Position numbers and translations under genes: made by a program. Positions 26,626 through 39,760 of a DNA stretch of 64,000 nt are shown here, piece after piece. The notes under the pieces are model-generated. The model saw only the letters and a list, made by a program, of their open reading frames with translations, did not search any database and was not told where the DNA came from. This DNA is from Octopus vulgaris (taxonomy: Eukaryota), in assembly GCA_951406725.2 (NCBI GenBank), contig OX597817.1, positions 94,612,001 to 94,676,000 on the forward strand. The letters run 5' to 3'. Position 1 is the first letter of the stretch; each line of letters opens with the position of its first letter.

Positions 26626-27449
26626 ACAGCAACAGTAGCGACAGTAACTTTTTATAATATGGATGCAGTCTATACATGATATAAAATTTGGCATTAAAAG
26701 TGATTTAATCGAAACGAGTTTACCAGAAATATACATATTTCTAGTAAACGATTATCGATTGTGAAGGAATAAATATGAGTAAACCTAAGGGTGATTTGGA
26801 CACAGAACCGAAAAGAAATTATCTTTTCTAAGCTTGTTACTCAAAAGAATAGTGGCAGTGTTTATAATGTTTTCCAGTCCTCTTTGACCCGTTGGTTAAT
26901 ACAACTGATGTTCAACTTGAGCATCTTTAGATGAATACCTGCAAAATATACTATAAAACAGGAGGAAACCGTGGAGCTTGGTCTAAATATTTGTGAACTC
27001 AACTAAACTTGTGAAATAATAAATGTCTCAGGAAAAGACCAATATACTACGGGATATAAAAGTTCCAACTCATAAGCAAATATAACATTCACATTCAGAT
27101 ATTACCCTACCCATTTATGAGGAAAATGTGCGTTGCATCATCGATGTTACAAACGGATCGCAGGAGAAGAACATATTCAAATTAACTGTACAATCTTGAA
27201 GTAGCCCAGCAACTTGGAGGTCCAGGGATATAATAAAAGCCTAAAATTCTGGTTTAAATCTTAGAACAAATTTACATGCGGACAAAAATGTTTAGTAACC
27301 CACTAAAAAGCCGATAAAATAACTGAATAGTTGACTAGGGGCAAAACCATCTTGGTTCCAAGGATAACATCTTAACTCCCGAGAAAACTACAGATTCATA
27401 GCTTGCAAATCTACAGCTTCTGAAGCATTAACTACAATAACTTACTTTT

Positions 27450-27570
27450 CGCTTCAGGCATAAGGCCTGAAATTTTGAAGGAAGGGTGGTCGGTTACATC
27501 GACCCCAGTGCTCGACTGGTACTTATTTCATCGATTCCGAAAGGGTAAAAGGCAAAGGCAACCTCGGTGG
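27450..27570 (-). mobile_element. SINE family B fragment
   Basis: Core ATCGACCCCAGTGCTCGACTGGTACTTATTT. Confidence 0.7.
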
Positions 27571-29847
27571 GAAGTAACCAGGAAATACAGATTGAGAATA
27601 AAAAGCAATCAATTTCGGCGATACAAATTTGAATGAATTATAAAATAAACCTCATTCTTATTAAAGAGAAACATTCCAAACAAATACATTTCAGTCTGGC
27701 ATTAGCATTTTTAATCAGCTTCCCATACTGATCTCGGATAATAAATACTATCTGATGATAAATATTATACACCGCAGGTGATAAACAATTAGAAACACTG
27801 CTATAGACAATACACGCATTCAGTGGAGGAATTGGAATGATATTTAGGTTAGAATTATGACAAAGCTGAAAAGAGGAAAATTAATTGAAAAACCACTGAA
27901 ACCAGCGACAGTATATTCGATGAAGAAATAAAGATGAGAGAATCAGGAAAAATACAAACTTACAAATATTTATGAATTAATGAAATAAATTAGAGTTTAA
28001 TGAACACAAATGGAAATAAAAGGTTAGGAAGGAATATTATAAAGGGTGAAATACACTACTGAAATAATGATGATGAAATATCAAACACCTACACTGGTAC
28101 AGATAGGTTAATGAGCCACAGATACAAGAGTAACCTGTTAAAACCAAGACAGAAGAAGAATGAAAAGAATTCAAAGAAAATATAAAAACTAAAAATAGAA
28201 AATGAAAGATCAACAACGAAAATAATGACAACCACAAAGATGACGATGACAGTGAGGCTAATGATAATGTTGAAGGCGTTAGTAATTCCAGCAATATACA
28301 ATCACAACCACAAGTCAATTTGTATCTAAGTCATCTCAGTCGGTGATTACCAGAAACACAAATGAGAGAAAGGAAAACATGTTTGGCGCCAAACCGGCCA
28401 GATATTTATAGGGGCTCCACATATGTTCACAGTTCATGTGAAGCTGGAACCCACAAGGTGCTGCTGTTTCCTTAACCGTGCACTACTCTATTAGATTTTT
28501 TAATTATTATTGTTGTTGTTATCAGTGACGTCGTCGTCGTTGTTGTTTCTGCTGCTGCTGCTGTTGTTCAAATGCAACCATCAATGGTGGTATGTGTGAG
28601 CACCGAGGTGATCATGATGTTGATATTGGTAGTGATGGCGATGATGATGAGGATGATGTGGTGGTGGTAGTGGTGATGGTGGTAGTGGACGCTGAGGCAG
28701 TGATAGGGAGGGTTCTGCAACTGGTACTGATGATGATGGGGTTTGATATTTTTGGTGTTGTTGTCGTTGTCGACGTCGTATAGTGGGTGGTTTGTGGGTG
28801 TTTTTATAACGGTTGAAATGGGATGTTGGATGAGATGAAGTGGGGAACTGGAAACAAATATGTTACATCTTGTTTTGATTTGCTTCTGAGGTTACTTTCT
28901 CATAATAGATCTATGTTTGGTTGTCAGAAAGGGAAAAACGAAACAAAAGAGAAAACTCTAGAAATGAGTCGATAAACAGATAGACAGACAAACAGACAGA
29001 CAGACAGATGTTAAAACAACGTAAGAATTCTTTTAAAAAGTAAGTAGTATAATTTTAGACGGCTGCTTCTAATTCTGAACCACCGTAACCTAGTTTTCTA
29101 ATAAGTAGAAGGACGGGGCAATGTGTAGTCGGGGCATATGGTGGTTATTTCTGGTTACATATACTGTTGTTATTGTTGTTGCCATTGTAGATGATGATTT
29201 TAATAAAGAATAAGGTGAGGAGGAGATGTAGGTACTACCTTTCAGTATAACTAGGAAGAGTAGGTAGTCAACCCCTAACCGATGGCTGTAGTGATGGATG
29301 TTTTATGGCGGACATGGTGAAAATTTTGAGAACAAACGTGTTTCTCTTGTCATTTTCTTCAAGGAATAATTAAATAGGCTGAAAGTGAGGTATTTCTCAC
29401 CAATAAATTTTATGAGGGAAATGAGAGTGGCAAAATTGTCGTGGATAACTGGGCCTACATCAACCATGTAACTATTGTCGGCGGCAATAACTGATGGGCT
29501 GATGGCTTATGTGCTCTTTGGTAGGCCATCGACCTTCCTCTTTCTTGTAGTAGGGTGATGGTCTTTGACCATTTCCTTCCTCTTCCTTACCTGTGGCTTA
29601 CGATGAGCCAATCTCCTACTCCTTGTCTTCATCATTTGATCGGAATTCTGAGAAATCGAAAAGGTTTTTGAAGGATGAGGGAAATGGCTTGTTGTTGAAG
29701 ATACATAGAAGATTCGCAATCTAGACTAGGGTCTGAAAGTTTACCACACCATAGTGGGTTACGCCATGGTTCCTCTGCTTTTGTGGCAGAAGTAGGAATA
29801 AATAGCGAGAGAAAGTTGTGGTAAAAAAGTACAGCGGAGTTCCCCAC

Positions 29848-29940
29848 CGCCGGAGCCTCGTGGAGCTTAGGTGTTTTTGCTCAATAAACACTAACAGTGC
29901 CCGGTCCGCTGTCCTAACCACTGGGCCATTGCGCCTCCAC
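29848..29940 (-). mobile_element. SINE family C, deleted head fragment
   Basis: CTAACCACTGGGCCATTGCGCCTCC and GCCGGAGCCTCGTGGAGCTTAGGTG. Confidence 0.75.
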
Positions 29941-31292
29941 GCCTACTGTTGTTATTCTTGCTACTGATGCTAATGCTACTGCTAACACTGCTGTTGTTGA
30001 TGTTACTTTGGATGAAGTGCAAGGGTCAGTAGCAGTGTGGGTCTTTGTACACAGATTGGCTTCATATGCTGATACTATCATATATGGAGCAACAAGTTCT
30101 TCGTCTCTCTTTCACAACTTATACTTGGGCACATTGTTGAGGGCTATCCGATCATGGATCTTGTCCAGTTTTTCTAAAAGTGCCAGCGTCAGAGTTTCCA
30201 CACTAATAAGAATTTCATTTCTCTACCACTAACTCTACACTTCCAGGTTTGTGCCTTTTCACAATACATATCACCTTTCGCCTGATGTTCAGTTTTAACA
30301 GCTTATCTACCTCCTCCTCATCCCCTCATCTTATGTATGCCATTCGTGTACGAATGACGAGACATTAGTAACTCTCTGCATGAGATTCTGTGAGTTATCT
30401 CACCTTTACCACCTCATATAACCTTTGATTTTCATGAATTTCTGCCACAAAAAAACGTTAGGCCAATAAGAATCAGAATGAAGAGAAATCATTGATAAAT
30501 AAAGGCATTGTAAATGTTGTTTATACATATGGCAACTTTGTCGAGGTCAGTTTTCTTCTTGCGAAAAGTACTGGTTTAATATAATCAAAAGGTTATCTTG
30601 ATTATTACATAGATGTAAAACTATCAGTAATGGTACGTTAATTTATACATTATCAACATATATTTATCTATCTATCTGCATATGTATGCATGCATGCATG
30701 TATATACATCATGCCAGATGAACCTTAGTGTTACAGATAACATGTAATACAGTACAACCTGTTGCATGGTCGGGTCGTCGGTGATAAACTAACAACCCTA
30801 CCAAGTCTGCTTGGTTAAAAGGGTGGATTTCTTTGGAAACCCTCAGGACCAAAAGGAAAAACTTCAAAGGACAGCTGTATTCAGTAGAGCCAACGGCTAT
30901 CCAACAGCAGGGTGTGAAAAAGAGACGCTTAGTCTTGCTGTTGCTTGTTTGTGGCCTAATTGATTTTGTTGATGGAAGTCATAGCAGTGTTGTGCATGCT
31001 GTCATTGACATTAAATCTCAGCACTGACAGCTATTGTCTTTGAGATAATTTGTTCGTGATTGTCATACTCGTCTACGAGTTGACACCCACTATGCATGTA
31101 AATATCCGTGTATGGACGTTCGCACGCGCACACGCAATGCTCATCACACAGGCTTTGGGCATCTCATGACCAAGATCGTTACCTGCATCCATGAAACTTA
31201 CAATAATGTGAGTTTATGTCAACCTATTAATTAATAAATACTTGTAAATCCTACATGTGTTCTGTTTTCTTTTGTTTGTACATCTACTTCTG

Positions 31293-31338
<46 letters not shown>

Positions 31339-31391
31339 AAGATACACGCGTGTGTACCTACAGACTGTAGCCCCTTGTGGGTAGTAAAGAA

Positions 31392-31467
<76 letters not shown>

Positions 31468-31795
31468 GTTGGTATATAGGTAGGAAAGTGGGGGTTGATA
31501 GAAAACGAGAGAGAAAAAGAGAGAGTGAGGCGTGAAAGCTTATTTATAGCGGCTGCTATTTTCATTTGGTGCATTTCTCAATATAAATATATGAGGCTTT
31601 GTATGGGAATTGACAGGACAGTGACGTCTGGTTGGTAATGTGTTCACGCCTCCTTGGAGGCCTTTCACTGCGTGCTGTGGTTGCTGATGTCTGCTGAAGA
31701 ACCACTCATTCCCCAGAGAATCATCTGAGACAACTGGCACCGGAGGTTTCTTCTGATTTTTTAGAATGTTTTAGCTGAAGCATATCAGGAGAATA

Positions 31796-31870
<75 letters not shown>

Positions 31871-32110
31871 AGTGTGTGTGTGTGTATGTATGTATGTATA
31901 TGTATATGTGTGTATATATATATATGTATATCGATATAGATATATAAATACATATATATATATACGTATACAGATATATATATATAATATATATATATAG
32001 ATAGATAGATATTGATAAAACGGTAAGATAACAAAAGAAAGAAAGAGACCTCAATATTATGTAAATAGAGGAAATTTATCTATACAATATGTTACATTAC
32101 TCGGTAGTCA

Positions 32111-32173
32111 AGATAAAACTCTGAGTTTCAGATGCCGAAGTGGAAATCCACAACACCATCTCTTCGGTTATCT
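32111..32173 (-). ncRNA. Hammerhead-like motif, CCGAAGA core variant
   Basis: AGAUAA-CCGAAGA-GAUG..GUGG(AUUU)CCAC..CAUC-U-GAAA-CUCAGAG-UU-UUAUCU. Confidence 0.65.
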
Positions 32174-32357
32174 GGCTATTTGAAAACGTTATGAAAAAAT
32201 ACCGTTAAAAATGAAGGGAAATTACTCTGTTATAACTCTGCTTTGCCTGCGTACTTATACATCGCTCGCATTTTTCGTCATAAAAATTATATAAAAATAC
32301 ATAAAAATATATAAAAATATATAAAATCTTCTTGGGACATAACACAGAAAGCATGTT

Positions 32358-34199
32358 CTATCCGTTTTCTTTAGGGGACCAAAAACGTAACAGAAATTTA
32401 GTCACATGTGGGCATGATCCGAAAAGCTCTGTCCTTGTATTTAGACATGTGGTAGGGTCTAAGCTGCTTTTCCAGATAAGCCATCTCTCCATGTCGCATA
32501 AACCGCACCTTCCGCTGCCGTTAGTATAGGGCTTACATCTGGCCAAAATCTTCCATTGTATGTTATAATCGACACCTTTATCTCTTAAAGACCAAATATG
32601 ATTGGATAATTGTGTCGCTTTTCTTTTGTTCCAGTGCCTAAAGCTCAAAGTGTGGTTATTGAACCTGGCCTTGAAATTACCCTCTGTCAGGCCCACGTAT
32701 TTCTTCGTCGAAACGGTGTCTTTAGTGGTTATAGAGTTTACGGTAGCTTCATATATGATGGTCTTGGACATGCAAGCTCCATTTAGCGGGCACAATTCTT
32801 TATTCCTGCATGAACAGCTGTTTTCTTCTTGTGTTTTTTGTATGTTATGATTGATTATGTTTTTAAAATTGGTAGTTGAACTAAAACTAATTTTTAAATT
32901 GTGTCTATTGAAGAGTTTCCTATAAGCATGGTTAACTGGAAAATGTCTATCTATCAGTGCTAGGAAATATTTACCTATATTGAAGGCCACCTTGGGTGAG
33001 TAAGGGGGCGTAAACCAGATGACCTTCCTATTTCTATTATTCCTTTTCCTTATTGTTGGGCTGGTGATAGGTGTATATTTTATTTTTTCGCTAAAACCAC
33101 TATCTTTTAAAGCTTTATTATAAACTGGGGCAACGCTATTGAAGATGTCCTCATTAGATGAGAGGCTAGAAATCCTCTTACTAATATTTTTAACTAAATT
33201 TTTCAATACTATAGGGGGATGGCATGAACCTACATTAATATAACTTAGTATATCATTGGGCTTCCTATAAGGCTTATAAATATTATTATTAAGATCTAAG
33301 GAAACGTCTAAGAAATTGACAACCGTCAGGTTAGTGTCTATAGTTATACTAAGTCCGAAGTGTTTCATTAACTGGATAATATCCTTCCTAAAACGATCTT
33401 GTGCTGGTCCATTTGTATTAGCTGTTAAGGCGAGGGCATCATCTTTGTAGATGGCGAAATGTACGTTAGGGAATGTCTTACCGAAGGTATCTAGGAGAAA
33501 GAGTCCAATTAGATCACAGATGCCTGCCCCATCATATGAACCCATGCTCACATCGAAAGCGCCCTCCGTGTCGGTGTTTTTTACCCACTTTGCATTCTCA
33601 CTGAAAAGTAATGTCTTTCTAGCATGGAAGATTATATCCTTATCATTGGTACTAATTTCTATGAAGTCACTAGCGAAGATTAGGGCTTTATCTAGCAGTT
33701 CTTTAGAGATAGAGGCATAAAAATCAACAATATCGAATTGTGTAAACCTCGCTTTTTTCTTATTCTTAATAGCTTTAAACCAGTCTACGACTTCTATACT
33801 ATTGGACCATTGCACTAGCCTAGTATCGGTCTTAATTTTCGTATTTATTTTATCTAAAATTTCTTTGCTAATAATCCCTAGTTCTGACTTGGCTGGGTTG
33901 ATAAGCCTACATTTAGGGTTGGAAAGGAAGTTTTCTTTGTGGTCTTTAATAGTAATAAAGGCCTCTTTTTGGGGGAGGGTTTCTATTTTTTTATCTAATT
34001 TAAGTTTAGCGGCGATGACGCTAGCTTCTTTATTAATTTCGTTATATGTCTGTGCCCTAGCCTTAGTATAATTATTAATGATGCTGTTGTGTAAGAGTTG
34101 TGTGTATTTGCTGTTATCTACCAGGTATAAGTTCTTGGTTTTATCCGAAAAAAGTGCTTTTTTCTTGGAGCTTTTTATATGATCAATATCTTTTTTCAA
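32358..34199 (-). CDS. PLE reverse transcriptase + GIY-YIG endonuclease (N-terminally truncated, uninterrupted)
   Basis: FDIVDFYASI, SMGSYDGA, IYKDDAL, NFLDVSLDL, YRKPND, linker CSCRNKELC (CxCx5C), IIYEA..KYVGLT..FKARFNNH, C-terminal CGLC. Confidence 0.92.
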   Translation of the reverse strand: MKKDIDHIKSSKKKALFSDKTKNLYLVDNSKYTQLLHNSIINNYTKARAQTYNEINKEASVIAAKLKLDKKIETLPQKEAFITIKDHKENFLSNPKCRLINPAKSELGIISKEILDKINTKIKTDTRLVQWSNSIEVVDWFKAIKNKKKARFTQFDIVDFYASISKELLDKALIFASDFIEISTNDKDIIFHARKTLLFSENAKWVKNTDTEGAFDVSMGSYDGAGICDLIGLFLLDTFGKTFPNVHFAIYKDDALALTANTNGPAQDRFRKDIIQLMKHFGLSITIDTNLTVVNFLDVSLDLNNNIYKPYRKPNDILSYINVGSCHPPIVLKNLVKNISKRISSLSSNEDIFNSVAPVYNKALKDSGFSEKIKYTPITSPTIRKRNNRNRKVIWFTPPYSPKVAFNIGKYFLALIDRHFPVNHAYRKLFNRHNLKISFSSTTNFKNIINHNIQKTQEENSCSCRNKELCPLNGACMSKTIIYEATVNSITTKDTVSTKKYVGLTEGNFKARFNNHTLSFRHWNKRKATQLSNHIWSLRDKGVDYNIQWKILARCKPYTNGSGRCGLCDMERWLIWKSSLDPTTCLNTRTELFGSCPHVTKFLLRFWSPKENG

Positions 34200-34208
34200 T
34201 TTATGTTG

Positions 34209-34649
34209 GAATTGTGCCCGCTAAATGGAGCTTGCATGTCCAAGACCATCATATATGAAGCTACCGTAAACTCTATAACCACTAAAGACACCGTTTCGAC
34301 GAAGAAATACGTGGGCCTGACAGAGGGTAATTTCAAGGCCAGGTTCAATAACCACACTTTGAGCTTTAGGCACTGGAACAAAAGAAAAGCGACACAATTA
34401 TCCAATCATATTTGGTCTTTAAGAGATAAAGGTGTCGATTATAACATACAATGGAAGATTTTGGCCAGATGTAAGCCCTATACTAACGGCAGCGGAAGGT
34501 GCGGTTTATGCGACATGGAGAGATGGCTTATCTGGAAAAGCAGCTTAGACCCTACCACATGTCTAAATACAAGGACAGAGCTTTTCGGATCATGCCCACA
34601 TGTGACTAAATTTCTGTTACGTTTTTGGTCCCCTAAAGAAAACGGATAG
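34209..34649 (+). pseudogene. Inverted duplicate of the GIY-YIG coding segment
   Basis: Translation identical to the C-terminal part of the 613-aa ORF. Confidence 0.9.
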
Positions 34650-34833
34650 AACATGCTTTCTGTGTTATGTCCCAAGAAGATTTTATATATTTTTATATAT
34701 TTTTATGTATTTTTATATAATTTTTATGACGAAAAATGCGAGCGATGTATAAGTACGCAGGCAAAGCAGAGTTATAACAGAGTAATTTCCCTTCATTTTT
34801 AACGGTATTTTTTCATAACGTTTTCAAATAGCC

Positions 34834-34896
34834 AGATAACCGAAGAGATGGTGTTGTGGATTTCCACTTCGGCATCTGAAACTCAGAGTTTTATCT
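34834..34896 (+). ncRNA. Hammerhead-like motif, CCGAAGA core variant (inverted copy)
   Basis: Reverse complement of 32111-32173. Confidence 0.65.
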
Positions 34897-34923
34897 TGAC
34901 TACCGAGTAATGTAACATATTGT

Positions 34924-35002
<79 letters not shown>

Positions 35003-35098
35003 TAATATATATATATATAAATAAGTATATAGGCACATATATATGTATATATAATATTATATATATGTATATAATATAAGTATATATATATGTGTGTC

Positions 35099-35174
<76 letters not shown>

Positions 35175-35498
35175 TAAACACGATCACAGATATAGACACT
35201 ATATTTTTAAGGTACATATAAGTATGTGCATGTATATACAACTACGTGTGCATAGAAATGCATGAATATATGTACATATAGGTACGAAGTATGAGATAAA
35301 AACACAGTCCAATATCTTATTTTGGAGAAAGACATTTCTATGTTAATAAGGAAACGTTATCCACAAGTGAATTCAAATTAACATGTTGTCAGGTATTGTA
35401 ATAGTCAAACTTTGTATATATCATACATTATATAGCATATTAACGTTAAAATGAGCCGCCTACCATTATATACACGTATATATATATATATATATATA

Positions 35499-35894
35499 CT
35501 AGCAGTATCGCCCGGCGTTGCTCGGGTTGTAAGGGAAATAACTATATAAGCATTTTTTAGAGAGTTATAGCCAAAAAATAGCAAAAAAAATGCATTAAAA
35601 ATTGAAAAAAAATTAAGGTAAATTTTTTTTAAATCGTTGACACATCGTAGATATTTTTAGAGAGTTACTTCCCTTATATAAAAGCGAAAAAAATGCATTA
35701 AAATGGAAAAATATGATGGTAAATTTTTTTAAAATCGTAGACTCATCGTAGACGCGCGCTAATACCCAGAAGGGCTCGATATGAATCACGACTATAAGAT
35801 ACCCGCTTTTGGTTAAACTGCACCGCAAAATGTGGGAGTAATTACGAATGTAAATCGAAGGGGACAGACACACAACTTCACTCTTATATAAAGA
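35499..35894 (-). mobile_element. Non-autonomous Helitron
   Basis: 5'-TC start, 3'-CTAG end, subterminal hairpin CCCGAGCAACGCCGGG, A|T target. Second copy at 52084-52389. Confidence 0.8.
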
Positions 35895-36339
35895 TGCTTT
35901 TTTTTTCAGTCATAGAGTTAGATTTATGAAGGTCTTCAGTAGAAAATCCTTCGAATTCTGACTCGCTGCTTGATATAATGAAATTCGTATCCATTTTTTG
36001 TCAGAATTACAAATTTTGAAAACACAATAGGAACAAATTTCGGAAAAAAATCTCCCATAATTCACGGAATTAAAATTACACTTCGATTTTTGTACAAAAC
36101 TGTATTTGAAGTGTTTACGAAGTATAATACGTGTTTTCACGAATGTACTAAAGAGATTTACTCTGATATTCTCATTTAAATATGAATAGGTAAATTCGGG
36201 CGGTTTGGTAACGAAAGGGTTTATATAAGTGTCGTCTGTTTATACATAAACACTGTTTCATAGTTTCAGTTTAGTCTTCCTCAAATCACTGTCGCTAATT
36301 TACTCTCTTCCAAGAACATTTTCACTCACTGTTATCTGT

Positions 36340-36672
36340 TAGCTTCCCATACATTTTACTCATGTATCTATCAGCGTGATATACAGAAACAAATATTACA
36401 TTTACTTTCATTTTATTCGTTGCCCACTGTGTGTGTGCGTTTGCGTGTGGTGTAAACCAGACTAAGAAAAGCATTTGACACACACACCAGAATGTGAGTT
36501 TTCTGTAAATTTTGCTTAATTGGAGTTTAAATTTTAAAAACTGGACCTGGCATGACGCGATGCATTGTACTCTTAAAACTGCTAGGTAAATTGTAATTGA
36601 AGAAATCCTATATTGTAGATTTGTATAACTCCCAAAGGGAGGCAGATAAAATCTGCCTTTTATAATAAGAGA
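36340..36672 (-). mobile_element. Possible 5' part of a second Helitron family
   Basis: The minus strand starts TCTCTTATTATAAAAGGCAGATTTTATCTGCC. No 3' CTAG end was identified. Confidence 0.35.
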
Positions 36673-36684
36673 TATATATGTATG

Positions 36685-36715
<31 letters not shown>

Positions 36716-36799
36716 TATATATATATAAACTTTGATAAACTTAGATATGTTTCGACCAAAGATTGGTCCAGGCCATGTCTAACTTAATAACACCACCTG

Positions 36800-37025
36800 A
36801 TATGATTATCTAAATCCTGTTTAAGTCAAGTTTTGTTTGTGGTCCATTCAAGTAGTGAGTTTTTGTTGGGTGAGTTGTATTCAATTATGGGTGGCTTATC
36901 TGGTATTCCTTGAAGGAATCTATCCAGACTCCGTTTAAAGTTGATGGAATCCTTTTCCTCTTTGATCTCTTTCGGGACAATGTTAAATAGGGCAGGGCCT
37001 GTTGAGAAAAAGAAATTATATATAT
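36800..37025 (-). mobile_element. CR1/L2-group LINE, 3' fragment
   Basis: FFSTGPALFNIVPKEIKE..FKRSLDRFLQGIPDKP. Confidence 0.7.
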
Positions 37026-37387
37026 CAGAGGCAACTCCAGGTCATCAGCCTCACACGGGCTCATCATAGCTTTCGCGCAAGACACATATATAAACGAAGG
37101 TATGAGACGTAATGCACAATGCAGACTTATATGGTGCACTGATAATTTAACAATAAGAAATATAGTTTTAATATAAAAATTACTAATTAATCTAAGACAT
37201 GAGAAAAGTATTGCCTGCGTTCATGCGGGAAAATATGTATTTTTCAAATTTAAATAATTGATTTATTATCTCTCTCACTGGAATACCTGTACATTCCCCT
37301 CGAATCCCTAGCCCCACTAATATAAATTACCTCCCCCTAATTACTACCTAACTAAACTTCCATTAATATTAATATCTACCTATGTTA

Positions 37388-38040
37388 CACCTCCATTACA
37401 CCTACTTTTAGTATAATTTTATGAAAATCACCACTAATTAACATTTTGTACACACCAAGAGTAAATTTCTATCAACATTTCAGCTTAAACAATTGCTAAC
37501 TTTTATAACTATTTTACCATCATGCTAACGTTTGTAATATTTATATCTGTTTGATTATTATTCACACAACTATTCTTCATAAATAACAATATTAGCACAT
37601 CTTTAACTACAAAATAATGCCTGATATGCACACATATTTTCACATTTATATTTATATATTTTATATCTTTACACTTTCATTCTTACATAAATATGCATGT
37701 TGATTATTTTATTTAATTATTATTTATATTATTATAAAACACCTCCATTACACGTATATTTAGCATCATTTTATACCAGTCACCCCAAATATCTAACCTA
37801 TTGTCCACATCATAAGTAACCTTCTATCAATATTTGGGCATACACAATTGCTAACTTTTATAACTATTTAACTTTTATTCTAACCTTTTGAATTGACACT
37901 CTTGATAACACTTACATCAGTTTTTACTATTATTCACACAACTACCTTTAAATAATAACCATATTAACACATCCTTAACTTAACAAAAAAACAATACCTG
38001 ATATGCATCCACAATTTTTATATTTCTATATTTTATACCT
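37388..38040. repeat. Diverged AT-rich direct repeat, period ~352 bp
   Basis: ACCTCCATTACAC at 37389 and 37741. CAATTGCTAACTTTTATAACTATTT and CCTGATATGCA occur in both copies. Confidence 0.8.
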
Positions 38041-38399
38041 TTACCCTTTCGTACATGTATATGCATGTGACTGTGTTTGGATAGGTTGCTAGTACAGGCA
38101 TATATGTACACATATACGTGTGTACACGCGTATGGACACATGTAAGTATATGTGTATATGTATGCATTGATATATGGACAGATCTATGTGCAGGAGCATT
38201 TATATACATGTGAGTGTGTGTATAGGTTGCCAAAACAGACCTATATTTGCACATGTGTGTGCTATAATGTATGTATATTTGTACACAACTATATGGGTGT
38301 GAATGCATATACTTTTGTACTTATATATATATATGTATGAGTTTATATGTATACGTATTTTTATATATGCTTATGAGTGTGCGTATATATTTGTGAATG

Positions 38400-38471
<72 letters not shown>

Positions 38472-38540
38472 TGTATACACGGGTATGTACGTATGTCTAT
38501 GTACATGCACCTGTATATGTATGTTAGTGTGTATGTATGG

Positions 38541-38546
<6 letters not shown>

Positions 38547-38632
<86 letters not shown>

Positions 38633-38650
38633 TAATAATAATAATAATAA
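38547..38650. repeat. (AAT)n microsatellite
   Basis: Seen directly. Confidence 0.95.
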
Positions 38651-39100
38651 CATTTGACCAAATATACTTAACTGTATTATAAATATCTGACCATTACTTT
38701 AGTATTATTTTAATTACTTAATTTTTGATTGTATTGGTAACTAAAATTATGCAGATTATTTAATCCTTATTCAATTATCTTTATTTGCTTTCTTTTGACA
38801 ACTAAATTTATGCTAAGTTATAAATATATAAACATAAATTTTAAACACATTCATACGAAAAAAATCTTACACAATTATCTTCCCTCTTACATCATACAAG
38901 CTTAAAACTGATAATGAAACACAAACCCATTATTCAGAAATAAAAATCTAAATAAGCCGCTAGACCAATTTAACTTCCCAAGAAGTTAACTGATCTAAAG
39001 GGATCTATGTCACTTTTTTCTTAGGAGTGAGGAATGATAAATTGTGTAAACATATTTACGTGTTTGTAAGCATGCGTATATTTGTATGCGTATATGTGTT

Positions 39101-39175
<75 letters not shown>

Positions 39176-39423
39176 ATACGTATATGTATGTATATATTTG
39201 TATATAAATATATCAGCAATAAGAAAATGGATGTGATCAAAAGGTGGTATTCATCAACTTTTAGACATTATATTATGTCTATTTATTTTTTTTAATAAAT
39301 AAATATTTATATTTATATAACAATATACATGCATGTATAGCATAATATGCTTTACATATACAATATATAAAAATACCAGTAATTATTAAAATATATAACG
39401 TAGATCACAAAATATGGGATAAT

Positions 39424-39548
39424 ATCTTACAGCTGTTTCAACCAAGAGGCCAAAGTACCCCAATCTACTTATATCCTGTCAGTGAACTGAAGTATTGGGT
39501 AGATAAGATTTAGGTACTTGGGTGTGTCTCTGGGGTTCATCAGAGAAT
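39424..39548 (-). ncRNA. Hammerhead motif with canonical core and ~97-nt hairpin stem II
   Basis: UCU-CUGAUGA-[ACC..AGAG..CCAAGUACC..UCAG-UUCA-CUGA..GGUACUUUGG..CUCU..GGUU]-GAAA-CAGCUG-UA-AGA. Confidence 0.75.
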
Positions 39549-39727
39549 TTAGAAAGTTCATATGGTCAAGTTATAAATACAAATACACACACATATACAC
39601 ACTTATACATATACAATATGTGCCCCCACCAAAAGCAAACGAAGAACAAACACAAGAAAAAACGACAACGCGAGGACGTGGTACATGCATAGTATTAGCA
39701 GACGCTCAGAGAAGGAAAGAAAGGTGG

Positions 39728-39760
39728 CTTTACGTTCCGAGCGAAGCTCTTCATCCGAAA
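39728..39760 (-). ncRNA. Degenerate minimal hammerhead motif
   Basis: UUU-CGGAUGA-A-GAGC(UUC)GCUC-GGAA-CG-UA-AAG, with two core substitutions. Confidence 0.55.

Larger units (their letters stand above)
32010..34930 (-). mobile_element. Young 5'-truncated PLE (Hydra-type) with a 722-bp inverted duplication of its 3' end
   Basis: Arms 32077-32798 and 34209-34930 look identical by eye. Flanked by (TA)/(GATA)n. Confidence 0.93.

Noticed and set aside
27790-28410. Purine-rich, coding-like stretch (acidic/Asn-rich peptide)
   Set aside because: Stops in all + frames and no identifiable family.
34179-34649. Stand-alone GIY-YIG nuclease gene
   Set aside because: It is the inverted duplicate of the PLE 3' end, and its start codon arises by chance across the inversion junction.
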